Numbered from the stretch's first letter, positions 38,808 through 52,318 are shown. The stretch: DNA of 64,000 nt from Camelus dromedarius (GCF_036321535.1 NC_087436.1:39248001-39312000); one strand, 5' to 3'. Notes: generated by a model from the sequence alone, not told the origin. Translations and numbers: made by a program.

Positions 38808-39283
38808 TGTAAGAGTTTTCTGTAGTTGCTGTAACCGGGTACCACAAACTGGGTGGCTTAAAAAGACAGAAATTCATTTTCTTCCAGTTCTGGAGGCCAC
38901 AGGTCTGAAATCAACATGTTGGCAGGGCTGTCCTCCCTCCAAAGACTCTCTGGGAGAATCCATCCCTTATGTCTCCCAGTGTTTGGTGGATTCAGGCATT
39001 CCTTGGCTTGTGGCCCCATGACTTCAATCTCTGACTCTGTTGTCATATCACCTCCTCCTCTTCTCTGTATCTTTTCCTTTGAGTATCCATCTCAAAACTC
39101 CGTGTTCCTCTACATAATATTTCATTTGATTTCACTAAGGGCCCACCGTGATAATCTAGGATAAGCCCCTTCTCTTGCGATCCTTAATTTAATCAATTCT
39201 TTTGCCATATGAAGTGACAGTCACAGGTTTCAGGGATTAGGATACAGACATATCTTTTAGGGGTTACCATTCAGCCCACTATA
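38808..39283 (-). mobile_element. MLT1B/C-like MaLR solo LTR nested in an older MLT1 (~38605-39625)
   Basis: TGTAAGAG...GCTGTAAC...ACCACAAACTGGGTGGCTTAAAA...CAGTTCTGGAGGCC...ATTCAGCCCACTATA. 5-bp TSD GATGG/AATGG. Confidence 0.8.
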
Positions 39284-40489
39284 AATGGTGTCATTCATGC
39301 ATCTGGTATTTGGTACCCATCTGTTCGCTGGGGATGACTGAGTCCTGTCACTGAGCAGGACATCCTGGGTTTGTTCCCTTGGCAGTGCCAGAGATCCAAG
39401 AGGGAAGGTAGGAATACGTAAGGCCTTTGGGGGCCTTGGCTTGGAACTGACACATTTCCTCATCTGCGACATTCTCTTAGCCAAAGCAAGTCACAAGACC
39501 ACCTCAGAGTCAAGAGGTAGAAAAATAGACCCTGCCTCTTGATGGGGTGAGCTGCAAAGTCCTTAAAAAGAGCACCGGTACAGGGACAGGTGGAGGATTT
39601 TGGCTATTTTTGTAATCTCCCACTTATTCTATATTTGAGTATAAGCTTGAAGATTTGTGATAAAGTGTCTGATGCTGTGTTAGAAATTAAATTTTAGTAA
39701 CTCTTAGTGCCCTTTTGATGATCATATTACCAGCCATTACTTTTCTAGTTTAATATTTATTATTTGATTATTCCAGTTGGAGAAGTCTCATGTATTTACA
39801 TGATTTACGTTTTGTCTTCTTGTTTCTCTGCGTATGTATAACATCTGCAGACTGTTTGCCACTGCCACTTAGTTCTCTGAAGTTTTTAGCTCCTGGTTCA
39901 TTGTTAATCTCTCCAGTACTGTTTCTGTTACAATTATTGGCAATTTTTCTGTCCATCTGTAGAGCTTTCCATTTCCCTGGCCTCTCACTTCTCAGTCTTC
40001 TTTTCTTCCAATGTGCTTTTCATCTACCCTACTTCAGTTACCCAGGGTCCTACCATAGGTCCTGTCATTAGCAATCACTGTGCACCTTCCAAGTCTCAGG
40101 TGAAAGCATCCACTCCTCCAACCATCCTGCCTCCTGTCTTTTCAGCTCATTCTCTTTAGGACTCAAAACTCCAATAATAATCCACCCCTCAGGATTTACC
40201 ACCTACCCCCCTTTCTTGACTCATGTCACCTTATCTTCTCACTTCTCTCATGCTGCTTAGATTAGTGATCCATGATTATAAATGTGTCCCTTGCATCTTC
40301 TACCCTCAACTCCTTTGCCCCCTCCCTCCACTGAATTCACCTAAAAAATTCCCGTTTGTTGTTAAACCATCTCTCCACCTATTCCATCACAGATGCTGAG
40401 GCAACTTGAGAAAGATGCCCACCGTACTTTCTGGTCTTTTTCAATTCACAACCGTTAAACTGAAGTGAGCCTTTAGTTGTGTGTTTATG

Positions 40490-40645
40490 AAACCTGGCTG
40501 CACAAAAGAATAACTGGGCTGGAGCATTTAAAATGACTGATGCTTTGCTCCCAGCCTCCCAAATTCTGATTTAATTGGCCTGGGCACTGGGATTTTTCAC
40601 AGTTCCTCTGTTAACTCTAATGTATAGCAAGTTCAGAGACTATCA
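40490..40645. mobile_element. MER5A-like MITE fragment
   Basis: CTGGCTGCACA..AGAAT...AATTCTGATTTAATTGGCCTGGG...TCTAATGTATAGC. Confidence 0.6.
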
Positions 40646-40959
40646 CCCAACTCAACTGACCCTCCCATTTTCCTGGATGACTATCATTTCTTCTCTCTTG
40701 AAAACCCTAACACTACCTTCCCCTATTCTGACTCTTTAATGATAACCTTGCTTCTTATTCCACCGAGAAAATAGAAGCAATCCAAAGAGAACCTCTGCAC
40801 GCTCCATGGAAGGAGATTGTATCTGTGCCCATTTCTTCCCCTTCCTCCTGTTACTGGGGGTAAGCTTGTCCGTACTCCTAACTATGCCATCATCTCCACT
40901 TATGCCCTAGATCACATCCCTTATGGCCTGTCAAGAACAGCCCTCCAGAAAACATCCCC

Positions 40960-42156
40960 TGTATCAGTTAGAGTTCTCAAAAAAAAAAAAAAGAACCCCA
41001 AAAACAAAACCAGTGAGATATGTGTCCATGTATGGAAAGAAATTTATTTTAAAGAATTGGTTTACTCAGTTTTTGGAGACTGGCAAGTCCAGAATCTACT
41101 GGGCTGACCAGCATGCTGGAGACATGGGGAAGAGCTGATGCTGCAGCTCCAGTCTGAAGGCATCTGGAGGCAGAATTCCCTCTTCCTCCGGGAACTCAGT
41201 CTTTTAAGACCTTCAACAGATTGGATGAGGCCCACCCACATTATGGAGGGTTCTCTGCTTCACTCAAAGCCTACTGATTAAATGTTAATCACATTTTTCT
41301 TCAAAATTGAAATATAGCTGATTTACAAAGTTGTGTTAGTTGTGTTGTGTTAGTTTCTGATTACAGCATAGTGATTCAGTTGTACATATATATATTCTTT
41401 TTCATTATAGGCTATTACAAGGTATTGAATAGAGTTCCCTGTGCTATACAGTAGGACCTTGTTGTTTATTCTGTACATAGTAGTTTGTATCTGCTGATCC
41501 CAAACTTTCAGTTTATCCCTTTCCCTCCTTTTCCCCTTTGGTAACCGTAAGTTTGTTTTCTATGTCTGTGAGCCTGTTTCTGTTTCATGAATAGGTTCAT
41601 CTGTGTCATTTTTTTTAGATTCCACATATAAATGATATCATACGCTGTTTCTGTTTTTCTCTGTCTGATTTACTTCATTTAGTATGATGATGTCTATCTA
41701 GGTCCATCCACGTTGCAGCACATGGCATATTTCATTCTTTTTTATAGCTGAATAGTATTCCATTGTATATATGCCACATCTTCTTTATCCATTCATCTGT
41801 TGATGGACATTTAGGTTGCTTCCATGTCTTGGCTGTTGTAAATAGTGCTACTGTGAATATTGGGGTGAATATATCTTTTTGAATTAGAATTTTCTCTGGA
41901 TATATGCTTAGGGTGGGATTGCTGGGTCATATGGTAAGTCTATTTTTAGTTTTTTAAGGAATCACCATACTTTTCTCCATAGTGATCACACCAAATTACA
42001 TTCCTACCAACAGTGTAGCAGATTTTCCTCTTCTCCACACCCTCTCCAGCAAAATGTTGATCATTTTAAAAAACACCTTCAAAGCAAGATCTAGAGTGGC
42101 ATTTGAAACTGGGTACCACGGCCTAGCCAAGTTGACACATAAAATTAACCATCACA
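40960..42156 (-). mobile_element. MLT2-like ERVL LTR interrupted by an L1 insertion
   Basis: TGTATCAGTTAGAGTTCTC...GGATGAGGCCCACCCACATTATGGAGG...CTAGCCAAGTTGACACATAAAATTAACCATCACA is the MLT2 terminus. Confidence 0.85.
41296..42051 (-). mobile_element. Young L1 3' end (cetartiodactyl type)
   Basis: Reverse complement of the same 3' UTR seen at 12300-12829 (GTTCCCTGTGCTATACAGTAGG, GTTTGTTTTCTATGTCTGTGAG). TSD AAATGTT(A/G)ATCA at 41280-41291 and 42052-42063. Confidence 0.88.
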
Positions 42157-44994
42157 TCGCTTCTCTCCTGTGTTATCTTTACTTATTTGAAGATGAACTT
42201 CATTTTTTCCCTGTCTAGATCATTATTATCAGAATATAAACATTCTGTACCACCTCTCATTGTTAATAAAAGAAGCCTCCTTTGTCCCTTCCCAGTATCT
42301 AGCCAGTTTCCTCCTCATTTTGTGTCTCTCTTCTACAGCAAGAAACCTCCAGAAGACTTGCCTTTACCCACTGTCTTTGGTTCATTTCCTCCTATTCCCT
42401 CCTGAACCTGCTCCAGTTTAGATCTCAGCCCCACCCATACTGTGCTTGTCCAGGTCTCTGGTGACCTCCCACTTCCAAATCTTATGGCAAATTCTCAGAT
42501 CTCTTCTGTCCTGACCTGTCAGCAAGAGATATGACACATCTGCTCATTCCATCCTCCTTGAAACACCTTTTCAGTGGGATTACGGTGTCCCCAACACATA
42601 CACAGTGTGCACTCATATTTTTGTTAAATGAATATTAAGAACCAAAGCAGTTAACAGTGTATCATGTCATTCATCCAAGGCCTTTAAAATACACATGTAC
42701 AAATCAGTCCAATGTTATTTTATCTTAAAAGTAATAGCAACACCACTCACTCATTTACAGCTCTTTTTACTTCACTGGTGATCTTTCTTGTCTCCTTAGT
42801 TGGTTTCACCTTATCTCTCTGACCTCCTAGTGTTAAAAGTGTCCAAAAGTCTTTGGACCCATTAATTTAGAGTACTCTAAATGAATCCATTCTCGTGGCT
42901 TTAAATAGGAATGCAGATTTTCCTGGTCCAGACCTTGTCCCTGAAGTCCAGATTCCAGCCCCAATTATTCTGGTTCATCTGGTCAAAAAACTGGGAGTCA
43001 TCCTTGATCCTCTCTTTCTTGCACATCTCACATTTAGTCCTTCGGCTAATTCTACTGCTTCTGCCTTTGGTGCTCATCCTGGTCCAAGCCTCTACCATCT
43101 ATCCACCTGGATTATCATAAGAGCCTCTTAATTGGTCTTTCTGCTCTTCCAGTCTGTGATCCATTCAGATGCTAAGTCAGATCGTGTCCCGGCTCATAAC
43201 ACCCCCACAACAATCCTAGTTAAAAACCGCAGTTTTTACCATAGCTTGCGAGACCCTACGTTATTTGCCAACCCTGACATCTCCCACCCCTGCCACACAC
43301 ATGCACACACACACACACACCCCCTTCTGACCTGGTCTCTTACCACTGTTCTCTGTCACTTTGCTTCAGTCACACCAGCTCCTTGTTACTCCTCAGACAC
43401 ACCAAGCATACTTCTGCCTCTAGGCCTTTGCACTTGCTGTTCCCTCTGCCTGGATTCTCTTCCCCTACATACAACAGGGCGTGGCTCACTCCTGCATTTC
43501 CTTCACGTCCTTATTGCTCGTCCTCAATCCCCCTGTGCCCCCTGTCCACGTCACTTTATAACCACAGGACTTATTACCTGACAAAGGAGCTATCTTACCT
43601 GTACGTGTGTTTATGGCCTGTCTTCCATCCTAGAACAGATGGAAGCTCCAGGGGATCCAGGATTTGGTTTTGTTCAGTATTGTGTCCCTAAAACAGAGAA
43701 CAAGGAATACCACATCATATGCACTCACATATTTGTTGAATGAATGTTAACCGCAAAAGCAGTAAGCAAGTAAATGATGTGATTTATTCAAGCCCCTTAA
43801 AATACACATATACAAATCAGTCCAATATCATATTTATCTTAAAAGTAATAAAATAGCAATGCCATATGGAGCTTGTTTATGTTCCTATTACCAAAGTAGG
43901 ATGCTTTTGCTAACTAAATTAATTCTTCCTTCTGGAAAGAAAGATGTAAAATCATGTGTACTGAACTCCTGTTGCATGCCAGGCCTGAGCTGAGTGCTCA
44001 CTGCAGCCTTTTTGGATGGTGGTCTTATCCACATTTTGAAAGTGTGGAACCTGGCATCACATCAGATCTCTTCCTCATTCTCTGCATCTGCAGGGAGATT
44101 CTTCAGAGGTGAAGCTCCTCCTACTCCCCTTTCTCTCACCATACCACCACGCCAGTGTGCAAATAACTCTACTTTAAGCAGCCCGCCTTAGCTGTGCACA
44201 CGCACCTTACTATCTTGTTTCTCCCTTTTCCTTCTTGTTCATTTATCTCAAGACAATCAGTTTGTTTTTTTCTCTTTCCTGATTCTATTTTATGAAACCA
44301 GAATACTTGATTCATAGCAGATAAGTGTGAAAGTAATTTTAGTGGTACATTTTCTGAAGGAAAAAGAAATCTATATGATTTGAAGTAGCTTTGGCATTAG
44401 CAAGAGTCACTGTCATCAAATAGAAACCCTTTAAGAACTGAGGCACAGGCAAAATCTCTGTTGATATTTCTGTGTGTTATTTTATCACTAAGCTGTTTTC
44501 CGAGAACATGTATTCGAGGTTTAAAAAAAAAAAGTCTATTTTTAGGAATTACTAGAACTGTGAGGTTTCTTACTCTCTTTGTAGTATTCTAGCCAAGATG
44601 TTGATTAATTTGGAAATGTAATTACCACCAAGGACATTGTTTCTTGGGAGGCAGTGCTTTGTAAGTTGCAAATGGCTACTTTAAAATAAATTTTCTGGAA
44701 ATAGAGTCTATTTGAAGACTGAACGCTAACTGTGTTAAATATATAGATTATTATGACTTTTACGTTGCTGTTACATTGAACACTTCATTGATTGAAATGA
44801 TGACAATAAATATTGATAATATGAAAACTACTCCAGTTAACCTTGTGGTTTAAATATAGAATGTAACTACAGTGTTTTGATTTTTTTGTTTGCTTCTTGT
44901 CTTTGGCCATGGTAACTTTTTAGTCTAGTTTTTATCTTATAGTAGTTGTGTTTGGAGCATACTCTATATCCTTAATTTATAAGAATTCAAATCA

Positions 44995-47900
44995 AGTGAT
45001 TTTTCTGTATCTATTGAAATGATCATGTTATTGTGTCTTTTCTTTTGTTGATGTAGTATATCACATAGATTGATTTGCATATGTTGAACCATCCTTGCAA
45101 CTGTGGAATGAATCCAACTTGATCATGGTATATAATTCTTTTTATGTATTGTTGGATTTGGTTTGCTAATGTTTTGTTGAGAATTTTTGCATCTGTATTC
45201 ATTAAAGATATTGGCCTATAATTTTCTCTTTTCTTTTTGTTATGTCTTTGGTTTTGGTTTCAGAGTGATGGTGGCTTCACAGAATGACTTTGGGAGTGTT
45301 CTTGTCTATTCAGTGTTTTGGAATAGTTTGAGAAGGATAGGTATCAGTGTTTTGTGTGTGTGGTAGAATTCCACAGTGAAGCCATCCAGTACTGGACTTT
45401 TGTGTGCAGGGAGTTTTTTTAAATTACAGTTTCCATTTCACATCTAGTGATCAATCTCTTCAAATTATCTATTGCTTATTGACTCAGTTTTGGCAGGCTG
45501 TATGTTTTTGGAATCTTATCCATTTCTTTTAGATTGTCTAATTTGTTGGCATATAACTGTTCACAGTAATCTCTTAGAGGTTATTATTATTATTGTTTGT
45601 ATTTCTTTGGTGTTAGTTGTAATTTCTTCTCTTTCATTTCTCATTTTCTTTATTTGGGTGCTTTCTGTTCTTCCTGGTGAGTCTGGCCAGAGGTTTGTCA
45701 ATTTTGTTTATCCTTTCAAAAAACCACTTCATGGTTTTTTTTTCCATCTATTTTTTTAATTTCTATTTTATTTATTTCCTCAATGATACTTATTCTTTCC
45801 TTCCTTCTGCTGACTTTGGGTTTTGTTTGTTCTTCTAATTCTCTTGGTATGTTAGATTGTTTAGTATTTTTCTTGTTTTTTGAGAAAGACCTGTAATGGA
45901 ATGAGCTTCCCTCTTAGAAATGCTTTTCCTACATCCCATAAATTTTGTAAGGTTGTGTTTTCATTGGCATTTGTCTTAAGGTGTTTTCTGATTTCCTCTT
46001 TGATTTCATTGTTGACCTGTTGGCTTTTTAGTAGCATATTGCTTAGTCTTCATGTAATCATTTTTTCCTCTCATTTTTCTTTTTGTAGTAGATTTCTATT
46101 TTCATATTATTGTGCTCTGAAAAGATGCTTAAAATAATTTCTGTCCTCTTAAATTTGTTAAGGCTTGTTTTATGTCCTAGTATGTTGTCTATCCTAGAGG
46201 ATGTTCCGTGTGTACTTGAATGTGTATTCTGATTTTTTGGATGTAGTGTCCTGTAGATATCAATTAAGTCCAACTGTTCTATTGTGTCATTTAGGATCTC
46301 TATTGCCTTAGTGATTTTCTGCCTGGAAGATCTGTCCATTGATGTCAGTGTGATAATAAAGTCTCCTAGTATTATTGTATTCCCATTGATGTATTCCTTT
46401 TTTGTCTGTTAGTATTTGTTTTGTGTATTTAGGTGCTCCTATACTGAGTGTATATATGTTAACTGGTATAGTATCCTCTTCTTGTGTTGATCCCTATATC
46501 GTTATACAGTATCTTTCTTTGTTTTTCTTTATGGGCTTTGTTTTAAAATCTGTCTTGTCTGACATGGGTATTGCTACCCCTGTTTTCTTATTGTTTCCAT
46601 TTGATTGAAATATCTTTTTCTCTCCTCACTTTCAATCTGTATGTGTCTTTTGCCCTAAAGAGGGTCTCTTGTAGGCATCCTGTTTGTTTATTTAATCTGC
46701 CACTCTATCTTTTGATTGGAACATTTAGTCCATTGACATTTAAAGTAATTATTGTAAGTATGTAAGTATTAAAGTAAGTGTATATTTATTGCCATTTTAA
46801 ACCTTATTTTCCAATTGATTTTGTAGTTGTTCTTTGTTCCTTTCTTCTTTTTGTTTTTGCTTTTGTGGTTTGATGGGGTTTTTTTTGTTTTGTTTTGTTT
46901 TCTGGGGGGTTTTTTTGTATTATGCTTGAGTTCCTTTCCTTTTTTTTTTTTTTCTTAGTTTAAGTACAGTCAGTTACAGTGCGTCAATTTCTTGTGTACA
47001 ACACAATGTCCCAGTCATGCATACACATACATACATTCATTTTCATATTCTTTTTCATTAAAGGTTATTACAAGATATTGAACATAGTTCCCTGTGCTAC
47101 ACAGAAAAAAACTTGTTTTTTCTTTTCCTTTTGGTTTTTGTAATCTACTGTATATTTTTGATTTGTGGTTATCATGTTTTTCGAGTATGTTAACCCATAA
47201 CCTTATCTACTTCCTTTAGACTGATATCCATGTAAGTTCAAACACATTCTAAAAGATCTACATTTTTTACTCCTTTCCCCCACATTTTGTGATTTTGGTA
47301 TCTTATTTTACATCTTCATATTTATTCTTTTGCTGTTCATTTTGTTTATAATTGCTTTTACTGAAAAATTTTGATTGTTTTTAAAATTTATATACCGGCA
47401 GTTGAGCTAATTTTGGTTAGTTTCTCTTTACAGTTTCTAGTTCTTTGTTACAGTATTCTGCATTTCTAGTGATAATTTTTCTTAATTCCTTTAACATTTT
47501 TATTACCTCCTTTTTGAATGCTAGGTCTGGTAGACTGGAGAGGTGTGTTTTATTGTTTGTTCTTTCAGGGGATTTTTCTTGTTCCTTTAATTGTGAGTAG
47601 TTCCTCTTTTTCATTTTACTTAAATTTCTCTGACTATGAGTTTAGGAGAAACACCTATTTACTGTGGTCTTGAAGGGCTGTTTTTATATGGGAGCATCCC
47701 TGTGTAGACTGTGTGAGTCCAGTATTTTTGGTGCAAGGGCTGTTTTTGGTATGGATGCCTGCCACATCTTTCCTCAGAGTGTGCTGGTTGTTGTCCCCTC
47801 AATAGGGTGTGTGTTTGGTGCTATGGTGACCAGAGCCTTCAATGGTTGTTGTGTGGGGCCTCCTCTTTGCTCTGTGGCTATCAGGGCAGGGTCTGCTCCC

Positions 47901-48810
47901 TAGTTGTTGGAGTAGAAGCCCCCAGATCTGGTTCTGAGCTGCAGAGTAAGGACGGCAGGACTGGAGCACTCCCACTGGAAAAGGAGCTACTGCGTATTCT
48001 TCCCCAGAAGCTTTCTGCCAGGGATGTACAATTCTGTGACGCTGACTGCCACCTGGTGTGCTCGCCCACAGAGGCTGCTGCTGCTGGTACTGCCACCCTG
48101 ACTAGCCCTCACTGTGAGAGTGCTGATAATCAGCTGGGATGTCAGCCCCATGTCTGATGTGTGCATGCTTCCAAAGCCCGCTGCCACCAGAGCTGCACCC
48201 CGCCTTGAGCATGCTGACAGTGGGGCCCCTATGGCAGACCTGCGCTCCATCCTCATGTGCCAACAATGGCAGCCTAGAGCACACTCCAGTCCCCTTGGGC
48301 TATCTCTGTGCAGCCAAACCAAATCCCCTCCCTGGGCCTGTCTGCTGAAGTCAGAGTTTCAGTGCCCAGCCACTTTGCATACCAGCAGGTGTGTGTCTTG
48401 GGCTGGGAAGTGTGGGACATGGCAGCTGTCAGAGTCAGTCCCTCTCTACCCTGCCCACCAGCAAACCAGCACCTGCACACTCCTCCCGAGTGAGGTACAG
48501 GCCTCTCCAACTCCCTGACTGTCCCAGCAGACCTCCCAGCAGGTGCAGGAGGTCCCCAGGGCGAGGGAACCTTTCCTCTTTCATAGCTCCTTCCCAGGGG
48601 CACACCGTCTGTCCTGATTCCTCCTCCTTTTTATTTTTTCCTTTCATACTATGCAGTTATGTGGGGATCTTTCTTGGTTGTATAAGAGATCTGCCAGCTC
48701 ACAGTTGCTATTCTGTGAAAATTGTTCCACATGTAGGTGTATTTTTGATGTATTTGTGGGAGGAGGTGAGCTCTGTGTCCTTCTACTCCTCCATCTTTCT
48801 CTCCTGTCGT
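44995..48810 (-). mobile_element. L1 with intact 5' UTR, ORF1 remnant and ORF2 EN/RT remnant; 3'-truncated
   Basis: Minus strand begins ...GAGAAAGATGGAGGAGTAGAAGG...CACCTCCTCCCACAAATACATCAAAAATAC. ORF1 N-terminus at 47417-47614 (MKKRNYSQLKEQEKSPE...). Endonuclease remnant at 46058-46339 (MDRSSRQKITK...LDLIDIYRTLHPK...SRIDNILGHK). Confidence 0.88.
46940..47121 (-). mobile_element. Short young L1-3'-end retroposon nested in the older L1
   Basis: Poly(T), then AAGTACAGTCAGTTACAG...AGTTCCCTGTGCTACACAG, flanked by TTTCCTTTT on both sides. Confidence 0.7.
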
Positions 48811-48904
48811 GTTAATAGTTGTGTTAGGACTGTAAAAACTGCATATACTCCAGTGCTGCATATTCCAGTGTGGGCACTCATCTCATTTCTCCCTTTTCCC
48901 CTCT

Positions 48905-48965
48905 TCTTTTTATCTCTTCTTCTTCTTCTTCTTCTTCTTTTTTTTTTTCTTTTTTTTTTTTTTTT
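48905..48965. repeat. (CTT)n / poly-T pyrimidine tract
   Basis: Direct reading of the sequence. Confidence 0.9.
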
Positions 48966-49756
48966 GTCCCATCGTCTGTTGTCTCTTTTATGAAGAAGGA
49001 AGTCAGGGCAGGGAGAAGATAGAGAGGAAGAGGAAGATCCTCTTATTACTAGAATTTCTTCTTGGCTCCACACAACTAGATTTTGCTCATTATTTTCATC
49101 CCTAGATAGTTACAACAGAAAGACAATATTTTAGCTCTATATTCTTCATTAATAACTGTTTTAGTAGAAAAATATGTTTCCAAACTAAAGGACAAAACTT
49201 AGGGGCTTTTGTTTCTTCTGATTTTTATACAATAGGCAAAAACTGCAAACGTGATATTGTGTGTTTCTTATGTCTCAAGGAACAGGGGTGTGGCGGGTGA
49301 AACTTGAAAGGCAAACTGAAGATCAAGAGGGATTTGAGGGGAAAAGTTAAGGCTTCTTTTCGTAATCATTTCTTCTGAATTTAATTATTTTTAGACTTTA
49401 AGTGTTTGAACTGTAAAAAAAAAAGTATTTTCTTTGAAAAAGTTATTTTCAATTTCTTTCCCTACAAGAATCTTTTTCTAAAAAATTCTTACCTATGATC
49501 GCAAGAAACAAATTGAATAAAAATCAAGTTCTCTGGAAGATCAGGGTCAGAGCTCAGGTTATTACAGAATAGAACTTGGAAGCTACTCATCTAAAATTGT
49601 GAAAGTAAACAAAAGTGGAACTGAAGACATGATAGGTTCTCAATGAGAATTTGATCTGAAATGAATCGAAAGGATTTAGAAAATGCCGTTTTGTGTATGT
49701 ATGACTATTGAGAGGGGAATGTTGGGAAGTCTTAACTTATTTTAACTTGCTCTTGA

Positions 49757-49906
<150 letters not shown>

Positions 49907-50840
49907 TGATAGAGGTCTTAGTATTTCTCACTATTTTTTTAAGCAAAAATACTGACAGTCTTCAGTAATGCTGTCTCTGGTGGGCAGCCCTGTATAACTG
50001 GTAACAGAAACTAATTTGCTATCAGTCAGTCAAGCATGGAGAAGGTACTGTCAACTGAGCTCTGTTCTCTGCCTGTAGAGGTCTAGAGTTTCTGGTGAGA
50101 TACAGCACAATATAGCAGTTTAAGAAAATTTAAATTTTAATGTATGGGTTAAAATTTGTTTGTGCCCCACTTTGGTTTACTTTATTTAGTACAGCGGACA
50201 CCTGGCAGGGCGGCATGAGCAGAGCAGTAGGGGATTGCATACTTGAGTCCGCAGACCTGGTTCTAGCCCCAGTGATGTTTTCCAGCAGGTCCTTTAACAT
50301 TTGGGGTTCTGTGTTCCCACTTTTGAACTGGATGGGGAAAGGCTGAGCTTTGTCTCTACTGAATCTGTCCCACATCTGCTATCAGTTTTATACATCTGTC
50401 AAGCCTTGTTTGATCTTTCTGAGAATATATTATTCTGTTGTTGATGGCAAGTTAAAATACAGCCTGATGAAATGTGATGTCTCAGATTCTGAGTATACCA
50501 TTTTAATGGGTCGTAACTCAGTTCCAGAAATATGACATTGGCATACAAACGAGTGTATCATCATCTCACAGCTGTCAAGCCAGCCAGTTTCCAGCTGGGC
50601 TCCCTTCTCTTTAGTCCATCCACTGTGCTGCCTTCAGCACTGTCCTTAGAGAGCAGGTAGCGCAGTGAGGCAAAAAGAGCTCTGACTGGGAGCCTTGCAC
50701 ATCTGCACCCACATCCAGACTCCCCTCTTACTGTCCTGAGCTTTGCTCATCCCACCTCCCTGAACCCCAGTGTCACCCTCTGTGAGATGTCAGGATTAAG
50801 ACCTCCCCTGCAGGGCCAGTGTGAAGAATAGAGGTGACTC

Positions 50841-50865
50841 TGTGTGTGTGTGTGTGTGTGTGTGT
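50841..50865. repeat. (TG)n microsatellite
   Basis: About 12 TG units. Confidence 0.95.
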
Positions 50866-51189
50866 ACGCACACGTGTAAATATGCTTATATGTATGTAGG
50901 GTGCTAGACCTGTACAAGTGATGTAAACTACAGATGATGTTACTGTTACAGATATTAGTATTAAAACATAATTTATCACTTCATTTCCTATTCTAAAAAT
51001 GATTTCTTCCTGACTACTTACAGAATCCATTCAAATTTGTTAAATGAATTCACATTTGTAAAGCACTTAGATTGGACTAAATGAAATTGCTGATTTTTTG
51101 CTATTATTGTTAACCTACAGAAGTGGAAGCTTCATTTCAACCCAAGTTAGTGTTACATTAGTGTTTAAAATATTTATTTTATTTTTTTA

Positions 51190-51385
51190 TGTGGATTAAT
51201 TCACTTAATCCCCCTGCATAACTTTATGAAATAGGCATTGATATTATCCTCATTTTACAGAATGTGAAACTGAGGCACAAAATGCCTAGGTAACTTACCC
51301 AAGATATGTAGCTGGTGGAAAGTAAAGCTAGAATTTGAACCCTGGTATTCTGATGCTAGAACCCATGTTCTTAACCTCTCATTTA
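51190..51385 (-). mobile_element. MIR SINE
   Basis: CATTTTACAGAATGTGAAACTGAGGCACA...GGTAACTTACCCAAG...TTTGAACCC. Confidence 0.85.
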
Positions 51386-51759
51386 CTGCTCTGTTCAGAA
51401 ATAAAAGACATGGTTCTATTCTTAAATGAGTGTACAGTCTGGCAGGGAGAAAGGTAGCCAAATGTTAATCCAGTATGATAAATGTTATACTGGAAGGATA
51501 AATGGCATATGGCCATGGGAACTTAAGTGTGAGGTAACTAACCAGACAACCCAGCCTGTCCTGCCAGAGTGGGGCAACTAAACGGAGTCTTAAGTGAGGA
51601 GGTATAAACCAGAGCAAAAGTGGAGAGAATGGGAGAGGAGAAGGTTGCCAAGTGGCAGAGACGGGCATGCTAAGGTTTGGTGGCAGGAGAGAGTGTATGT
51701 GTTAAGGAGAGTGCAGGTTTTTTTTGTTTGTTTTTGTCTTCTTTTTGAACATACGGTGA

Positions 51760-52318
51760 TTTTTTAAATTGAGGTTAAATACACATAAAATAAAATTTGC
51801 CATATTAATATAATTTTAAGTGTACAACTCAGTGACATTGATTACATTCACAGTGTTGTGCAACCATCATGATTATCCATTTCTAGAACTTTTTCATCAT
51901 CCTACACTGACACCCATTAAACAGTAGCTCCCCCTTCCTCCACTCTCCCAGCCCCTGGTGTCTCCTGTTCTCCTTTCTGTCTTTACGAATTTGCCTCCTC
52001 TAGGTGTCTCATATAGGCGGATTCATACGAAGTTTGTCCTTTTGTGCCTGGTTTGTTTGACCTAGCGTGATGTTTTCAGAGTTCATCCATGTAGCATGTA
52101 TCAGAATTTCGTCCCTTGGTAGGGCTGAATGGTACTCACTTTTATGCGTATACCACATTTTGTTTAGCCACTCATCTTTTGAAGGACATTTCGTTGTTTC
52201 CACCTTTTGGCTGCAGTGAATACTCATAGTTGTGACATTGGTGTACAAGTGTCTGAGCCCATGCTTTCCGTAGTTTTGGGTGTATACCCAGGAGCAGAAC
52301 TGCTGGATCATACGGTGC
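51760..52318 (-). mobile_element. L1MB-type 3' end inserted in L2
   Basis: TTAAGTGTACAACTCAGTGACATT...GCAACCATCA...CCCATTAAACAGTAGCTCCCC. The remnant ORF TKCPSKDEWLNKMWY is the L1 ORF2 C-terminus. Confidence 0.85.

Larger units (their letters stand above)
40000..43750 (+). mobile_element. Long fragmented L2 hosting the MER5A, MLT2 and L1 insertions
   Basis: L2 motifs GGAGTCATCCTTGA and GGCCTTTGCACTTGCTGTTCCCTCTGCCTGG, with the terminal ATATTTGTTGAATGAATG. Confidence 0.75.

Noticed and set aside
47664..49073. Cluster of overlapping ORFs up to 200 aa
   Set aside because: They lie in the GC-rich L1 5' UTR and the adjoining CTT/T microsatellite.
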